Shown here: positions 27,804-32,000 of the stretch, one piece after another
Layout of the letters: the number at the start of each line of letters is the position of its first letter
Position numbering within the stretch: position 1 is the first letter of the stretch
Made by a program: the position numbers and the translations under genes
Origin: Clostridia bacterium
GTDB lineage: Bacteria; Bacillota; Clostridia; UBA1381
DNA length: 32,000 bases
NCBI GenBank assembly: GCA_900751885.1
Contig: CAADTH010000050.1
Location: 132,431-164,430 of the forward strand
Reading direction: 5' to 3'
The notes under the pieces: model-generated
What the model was told of the DNA's origin: nothing
What the model saw: the letters and a program-made list of their open reading frames with translations, nothing else
Databases searched by the model: none

Positions 27804-28701
27804 AGTTATGGTTTTTCTGTTACTTAATATAGGACTATACTTTTTATTTAAAAAAGCTCCTGCACATCGAAAAATAAAACAAGTGTTTACTTCTGATTTA
27901 TGTAAAGACAAACCTAAAAAAAGTTATACAACAACAAAAAAAATAGGATTGCGTGAAAAGTTTCATAACATATCAAGTGATATGTTAAAGTTATCTAAAA
28001 TGACATATAAAGGTTATATGCGTGTAGCCATGATATTTTCTCTTTTAGGTGTTATCTTAGGAATGATGTTAAATAATGTTTTGCTTTCTGTCGTGTTAGG
28101 AATTTGTATGATTTTCATTCCTCTTGAATATTTAAAAGTACGTCAATCAGGATATATTCAGACACTTAATGAACAAATGGAAACAGTATTATCTATTATT
28201 ACTAATTCTTATTTGCAGTCAGGTGATATAATAATTTCTGTTAAAGAAAATCTACATCGTATTGAACAGCCGTTTCACAATATATTTAAAGAGTTTTTGG
28301 CTGAACGAACATTCATTGATTCAAATTTAGTAAAAAGCATTCGTAAAATGCAAAGAAAGGTAGATAATCAATACTTTAATGAATGGTGCGATACTCTAGT
28401 TCTTTGTCAATATGACCATGAGCTACGGTTTATTTTGCCTACTATAATTGAAAAATTAGCTGACTTGAAACAAATTCAAGAAGAACTAAATACACAGATG
28501 ATAAATCTTTATAAAGACCATATCTCTGTATCTTTAGTTGTAGCCGCAAATATTCCACTCATGAGGTTTTTAAACGCTGACTGGTATAGATTACTTACAA
28601 GTACGTTACCAGGTCAAATTATTGTTGCAATAACTTTTCTTATTATATTTTTAGCCACTGCATATGTAATTAAAATAAATAAGCCCGTCAGTGTAAAATA
28701 A
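27796..28701 (+). CDS. tadB: TadB-like inner-membrane platform protein (T2SS-F family).
   Basis: The ATG at 27796 lies 8 nt after GGGAG and overlaps the end of tadA. The topology is an N-terminal TM, paired central TMs, a cytoplasmic helical domain and a C-terminal TM. The size is about 300 aa and the gene follows the ATPase gene. Confidence 0.65.
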   Translation: MYRVMVFLLLNIGLYFLFKKAPAHRKIKQVFTSDLCKDKPKKSYTTTKKIGLREKFHNISSDMLKLSKMTYKGYMRVAMIFSLLGVILGMMLNNVLLSVVLGICMIFIPLEYLKVRQSGYIQTLNEQMETVLSIITNSYLQSGDIIISVKENLHRIEQPFHNIFKEFLAERTFIDSNLVKSIRKMQRKVDNQYFNEWCDTLVLCQYDHELRFILPTIIEKLADLKQIQEELNTQMINLYKDHISVSLVVAANIPLMRFLNADWYRLLTSTLPGQIIVAITFLIIFLATAYVIKINKPVSVK

Positions 28702-28708
28702 AAGTGAG

Positions 28709-29596
28709 GTGAATTTTTTGTATTTTATTTATTATTCCATTTTAATTGTATTGTTATCTTTTGGTTTTTATGAACTTGCAACGCAGTATATTACTATGCC
28801 ATCAAAACGTACTGTCAGAGTTGTAACCTCAATAAGAAACAGACAAAATGTATCACAAAAATTTTATAACATGGTTACAATACCTCTAACAAAAATTATT
28901 GCAAAATTTATTCATTTAGATGATTATAGACGTAAACAGCTTAATCGAAAGTTGCAACGAGCTGGAATTACATTATCACCAGAAGAATATCATGCAAAAG
29001 CTATTGTCACTACATTATTGATTTGGGTATTATCGTTGATATTTATACCATTAGGACTTCCGATTATTACAATGGCAATGTTACTTTTAGGTGTCATCAT
29101 GTATTTTAAGTCTAAACAGCATGTAGACGAAGCCATAAAAGAAATAAATGGTCACATTTTAGATGAATTACCTCGTTTCGTAAGAACTTATAACAATGCA
29201 ATGCACACTGATAAAGACCTTTTGAAATTTATAGAGAAATACAGACAGGTAGCTGGAAAAGATTTTTGCTATGATTTAGATATTTTAATAACAGAATTAA
29301 AAACAGGAAATACAGAAGAAGCATTACAAAGGTTTGATACTCGAATCAACATACCACAATTATCTACATTTATATCGGGAGTGATTGGAGCAACAAGAGG
29401 TGTTGACCAAAGAACATTTTTTTATATGGTCGAAAATGATATGAAGAATCTTGCAAAGGAAAATTTAAAAAGAGAAATTGCTAAACGTCCATCAAAAATT
29501 CGTAAAGCAACAATGGCAGTAGGCGTAATGATGTTTATTATATACCTATACCCTATATTTATGGATTTAAAAAATGGATTAGGTATTTTTAATTAA
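28709..29596 (+). CDS. tadC: TadC-like inner-membrane platform protein (T2SS-F family).
   Basis: It has the same architecture as the preceding gene. The start is either GTG 28709 (track) or, better spaced from SD GAGGTGA, TTG 28718. Confidence 0.65.
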   Translation: MNFLYFIYYSILIVLLSFGFYELATQYITMPSKRTVRVVTSIRNRQNVSQKFYNMVTIPLTKIIAKFIHLDDYRRKQLNRKLQRAGITLSPEEYHAKAIVTTLLIWVLSLIFIPLGLPIITMAMLLLGVIMYFKSKQHVDEAIKEINGHILDELPRFVRTYNNAMHTDKDLLKFIEKYRQVAGKDFCYDLDILITELKTGNTEEALQRFDTRINIPQLSTFISGVIGATRGVDQRTFFYMVENDMKNLAKENLKREIAKRPSKIRKATMAVGVMMFIIYLYPIFMDLKNGLGIFN

Positions 29597-29609
29597 ACGT
29601 AAGTTAATC

Positions 29610-29634
29610 AAGACACTGAAAGGTGTCTTTTTTA
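29610..29634 (+). terminator. Intrinsic terminator or attenuator between tadC and the pilin gene.
   Basis: AAGACAC TGAAAG GTGTCTT TTTT. The stem is 7 bp with a 6-nt loop and a T-run. Confidence 0.6.
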
Positions 29635-29668
29635 TATTAAAATTTAAATTATAAAGGAGAAATGAACA

Positions 29669-29890
29669 ATGAAAAAAATGATGATTAAAGGTGTAATAGC
29701 TTTACAAGGAGCAAAAAACAAAGTTAAATATTTATTAAATGACCAGTGTGGTGAAGGTTACTTAGATGTACTTGTAAAAATATTAATTACAGTAATTTTA
29801 GGAGCCGCTTTATTAGGACTATTGAGGGTTGCAATTCCAGACCTATTTGATGATATTATGGATAAAATACGCTCAGTATTCACAATTTAA
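29669..29890 (+). CDS. flp: Flp-like type IVb prepilin (73 aa) with a non-canonical processing motif.
   Basis: SD AAAGGAGAA lies upstream of the ATG. A charged leader of about 27-30 aa is followed by CGEGYLDVLV and then the hydrophobic helix KILITVILGAALLGLL. The size, architecture and position after tadC fit Flp, but the canonical G/xxxxEY motif is absent. Confidence 0.55.
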   Translation: MKKMMIKGVIALQGAKNKVKYLLNDQCGEGYLDVLVKILITVILGAALLGLLRVAIPDLFDDIMDKIRSVFTI

Positions 29891-29964
29891 CACAAGTCAA
29901 TAAACATCCTACAATTCAATCGTTCCCCTGTAAACTACAGGAGAACAAAAGGAGGTGATTATTT

Positions 29965-30399
29965 TTGTTACAACATTTTAGACTTTTTCTAAAAGATAAA
30001 CATGGCGAAGGATATATTGACGTATTAATACAATTCGCTATAATAATGAGCCTGATTTTTTGTTTTGTTTCTCTGTGGAAACCCTATATTTACAAACAAA
30101 ACATGGATTATATGGCAAAAACATTAATAAGAAGTGTTGAAGCTAATGGAAAGATAGACAGTGAAACATCTGCACTTGCATCAGAATTAAAAGCTACTAT
30201 GGGAATAAATCCAAACATAAAATGGGAAGCCGATTTTATTTCAGGAACGAATAAAATACAGTTACGAAAAAAATTTAAACTTCTAGTTACTGATACCCTA
30301 ACCATAAAGTTATTTGAACCGACATTTGGAAACCCTATTCAAATTCAAATTCCTATAAAAAAAGAGTTCATTGGTATATCTCAAGTTTATTGGAAGTAA
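29965..30399 (+). CDS. TadE-like pseudopilin / minor pilin (144 aa).
   Basis: TTG start follows SD AAAGGAGGTGA. The N-terminus KHGEGYIDVLIQFAIIMSLIFCFVSLW shares GEGY(L/I)DVL plus a hydrophobic helix with the pilin. Confidence 0.45.
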   Translation: MLQHFRLFLKDKHGEGYIDVLIQFAIIMSLIFCFVSLWKPYIYKQNMDYMAKTLIRSVEANGKIDSETSALASELKATMGINPNIKWEADFISGTNKIQLRKKFKLLVTDTLTIKLFEPTFGNPIQIQIPIKKEFIGISQVYWK

Positions 30400-30408
30400 G
30401 GTGTAAGA

Positions 30409-30876
30409 ATGAATAAATTAATTAAAGACACACGTGGTTATTCTAATGTGTTTTTGCTGTTTTTTGTATTTATATTTCTCATAATAACAACAATAACGAT
30501 TGAAATTTATCATGTATATACATTAAAAGAACACATAGATACTGAAATATCAAGAGGATTAAATATTGCTACTGACACGGCAATGCTTGATGAATACAGA
30601 ATGTCACATATAAGTAAAATTGATTTTACTATAGCACAAGATACCTTTAATGATTATCTACATGATGAAATGAAGTTAAATAATAATATGACACGTATTG
30701 AAAATGGCAAAATCACTTATGAGCTTATTATACAGAACGTTAAATTAGAAAATGAACCAGTAAAATATGAGGTTCAAGGTGTAATAAAAACACGTCCTAT
30801 TTTAATTGGAAAATTAACCTCCATAGACATTGAAATTCCATTTAAAGTAAAAGCCAGAAATCAGCGATTTGAATAA
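30409..30876 (+). CDS. TadE/TadF-like pseudopilin (155 aa).
   Basis: The N-terminus is DTRGYSNVFLLFFVFIFLIITTITI, that is GY.(D/N)V(L/F) followed by a TM helix, as in the two preceding genes. Confidence 0.4.
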   Translation: MNKLIKDTRGYSNVFLLFFVFIFLIITTITIEIYHVYTLKEHIDTEISRGLNIATDTAMLDEYRMSHISKIDFTIAQDTFNDYLHDEMKLNNNMTRIENGKITYELIIQNVKLENEPVKYEVQGVIKTRPILIGKLTSIDIEIPFKVKARNQRFE

Positions 30877-30901
30877 AGGTGTAATAACTATACATAAGGT
30901 G

Positions 30902-30930
30902 TTGACACTATTTATATTATATGCTATACT
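30902..30930 (+). promoter_or_regulatory. Near-consensus sigma-A promoter with an extended -10.
   Basis: The -35 is TTGACA (30902-30907), the spacer is 17 nt, and TGc precedes the -10 TATACT (30925-30930). SD AAAGGAGG and the ATG at 30953 follow. Confidence 0.6.
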
Positions 30931-30952
30931 TGTTATGAAAGGAGGAGTTCAA

Positions 30953-31135
30953 ATGTCATTAAAAAATAGAGGACGTATTGGATTAGTTCTGGATAATAAA
31001 ATAGTTGAATGGTTAAGATTTGAAAATGAATCAACTGATGTACCCATCAGCCGTATTGTAGAAAAAGCAATCAAAATACAGTATGAAGAAAAAATAGAAC
31101 AATATTTTAAACAGAAAGAAGGTTATGAAAAATGA
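30953..31135 (+). CDS. Small ribbon-helix-helix (CopG/Arc-like) DNA-binding protein (60 aa).
   Basis: The ATG at 30953 follows SD AAAGGAGG, whereas the track start at 30869 would run through the promoter. RIGLVLDNKIVEWLRFENESTDVPISRIVEKAIK has the beta-strand, helix, helix pattern of RHH regulators. Confidence 0.5.
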   Translation: MSLKNRGRIGLVLDNKIVEWLRFENESTDVPISRIVEKAIKIQYEEKIEQYFKQKEGYEK

Positions 31136-31971
31136 AAAAAACAGTATCATTGATATTATCATTAATTATGTTAGGGTTTACACTTAATGCAGTTGCAATG
31201 GAATCAAAACAGGTCACAGTTACATTGGATGGAAATATAGTACAATTCCCTGATGCGAAACCATTTATTGACAACAAGGATAGAACATTAGTACCAATAC
31301 GATTTGTTTCTGAAGCGTTAGGTGGAGTTGTAACATGGGATAATGATACACAAACTGTCACTATCGTAAAAGGAGATAGCACTATAATCACAACTATTAA
31401 TAGTGCAAAGGCAACACTAAATGGAATGGTTAATACATTCGATACTTCCACACGATTAAAAGAAGATAGAACGTATGTCCCATTAAGATTTATAAGCGAA
31501 TTGTTAAATTGTGACGTTGAATGGGATGGTGAAAATAATAATGTAGTTATAACTTCCCCATCAGCTCCAACAGCATTTCCAGAGCCAAATTTAACTGTAC
31601 ATTTTCCTAAAAATGAATATGAAAACAATGCATTATGGATAACATTAGATAATTTACGTGATTTTTCAGATTGTACAAATTATGAGTTTTTAATCGAGTT
31701 TATTAACCCATCTGAACTTAATACTACAGAAATATATGAAGGTGCAATAAATGGTTGGCAAACGGTTCAATTAAATCAATGGAGACAAATTTACTATCCT
31801 GATTCACCGCTTTTTGTGGTAAACAAAAAATATTTGACAACTCGTGAAAATATGAAAAGTTTTAATCTTCAAGATGGTATGACATTGAATTTTGTGTTAA
31901 AAGTAAAAAGAAAATGTAGCGGAGAAATTAAAGAATATACATTCAGCGAAACCTATAAGGGAGGAAACTGA
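31132..31971 (+). CDS. Secreted protein with a copper-amine-oxidase N-terminal-like (stalk) domain and an unknown C-terminal domain.
   Basis: The start overlaps the RHH stop (ATGA). The signal peptide is MKKTVSLILSLIMLGFTLNAVA. Duplicated half-motifs DRTLVPIRFVSEALGGVVTWD and DRTYVPLRFISELLNCDVEWD are the hallmark of this domain. Confidence 0.7.
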   Translation: MKKTVSLILSLIMLGFTLNAVAMESKQVTVTLDGNIVQFPDAKPFIDNKDRTLVPIRFVSEALGGVVTWDNDTQTVTIVKGDSTIITTINSAKATLNGMVNTFDTSTRLKEDRTYVPLRFISELLNCDVEWDGENNNVVITSPSAPTAFPEPNLTVHFPKNEYENNALWITLDNLRDFSDCTNYEFLIEFINPSELNTTEIYEGAINGWQTVQLNQWRQIYYPDSPLFVVNKKYLTTRENMKSFNLQDGMTLNFVLKVKRKCSGEIKEYTFSETYKGGN

Positions 31972-32000
31972 TGAAAAAAAGATTATATACTATAATGACT
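31971..32000 (+). CDS. 5' end of a further ORF (MKKRLYTIMT...), truncated by the window.
   Basis: The ATG overlaps the preceding TGA (TGATG) and SD GGGAGGAA lies upstream. Only 10 codons are visible. Confidence 0.3.
   Translation, partial: MKKRLYTIMT

Noticed and set aside
29891-29900. Isolated half-sites of the palindrome (CACAAG after the pilin stop at 29891; GCACAAGG inside coding sequence near 4003 and 18396; CACAAGG near 5845).
   Set aside because: These are single arms without a partner arm. Matches of 7-8 nt are expected by chance about once in 64 kb of two-strand sequence, so I do not count them as element copies.
29923-29945. A stem-loop after the pilin gene (TTCCCCTGTAAACTACAGGAGAA) as a terminator.
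   Set aside because: It has only a 6-bp perfect core with a mismatch in the extension, and no T-run. It is too weak to call, though it might modestly modulate the ratio of pilin to minor pilins.
10454-30952. The longest-ORF starts given by the track for several genes (10454, 11925, 12858, 14737, 23432, 25583, 27751, 30869).
   Set aside because: These upstream starts overlap the preceding gene, run through the palindromic element or the promoter, or lack a Shine-Dalgarno sequence. Internal starts with well-spaced SDs were preferred: 10499, 11967, 12900, 14788, 23492, 25631, 27796 and 30953.
2910-31628. All 17 minus-strand ORFs in the track (for example 2910-3104, 3409-3615, 8518-8841, 11011-11442, 18723-19127, 24813-25253 and 31107-31628).
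   Set aside because: Each lies entirely antisense to a long + strand gene with clear motifs. None has a convincing Shine-Dalgarno sequence, and their low-complexity I/F/L/N-rich translations are what antisense frames of AT-rich coding DNA produce. I treat them as spurious.
1-32000. A search for integrase, transposase, IS ends, att-like direct repeats, rep/par genes, toxin-antitoxin pairs or known defence systems.
   Set aside because: None could be recognised in any frame. The window appears to be purely transfer-module DNA, so I make no claim about element boundaries or type (plasmid versus ICE).

Overview
The window is AT-rich and every credible gene is on the + strand. It reads as the transfer backbone of a Firmicutes-type conjugative plasmid or ICE. 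No integrase, transposase, rep gene, tRNA, rRNA or CRISPR array is visible, so plasmid versus ICE cannot be decided.

Gene order:
1. DNA-processing block (1-7539): the 3' part of a giant polyvalent SNF2-helicase protein, a DUF3991/Toprim protein, a conserved hypothetical, a GC-richer candidate oriT, MobC and a MobA/VirD2-type relaxase.
2. Gram-positive-type T4SS block (7872-14750): a VirD4-like coupling protein that appears split by two small inserted ORFs, VirB2-like, VirB6-like and PrgI/VirB3-like membrane proteins, and a VirB4 ATPase that also appears to be encoded in two pieces.
3. A 7.9-kb gene (14788-22650) for a secreted protein anchored by SLH (S-layer homology) domains, with about 23 diverged tandem Ig/PKD-like modules.
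4. A strong terminator, a C39-like cysteine peptidase (probable wall hydrolase), then a complete-looking Tad/Flp-type pilus module (23671-30876). It comprises a TadZ-like pseudo-ATPase, CpaB, a ParA/CpaE-like ATPase, CpaF/TadA, TadB, TadC, a Flp-like pilin and two TadE-like pseudopilins.
5. A consensus sigma-A promoter driving a small ribbon-helix-helix (RHH) protein and a protein with a copper-amine-oxidase N-terminal domain.

The most interesting signal is the co-linear coupling of a Tad pilus module and a giant SLH adhesin to a Gram-positive conjugative T4SS. Further observations:
- A 26-nt palindrome embedded in stop codons recurs five times across both the T4SS and Tad blocks.
- Four consecutive DNA-processing proteins share an acidic C-terminal tail.
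- Both T4SS ATPases are split.
- The three pilin-like proteins share a non-canonical prepilin motif.
- Two genes appear to start at ATA.

All functional calls come from motifs read by eye in the supplied translations. No database search was run.
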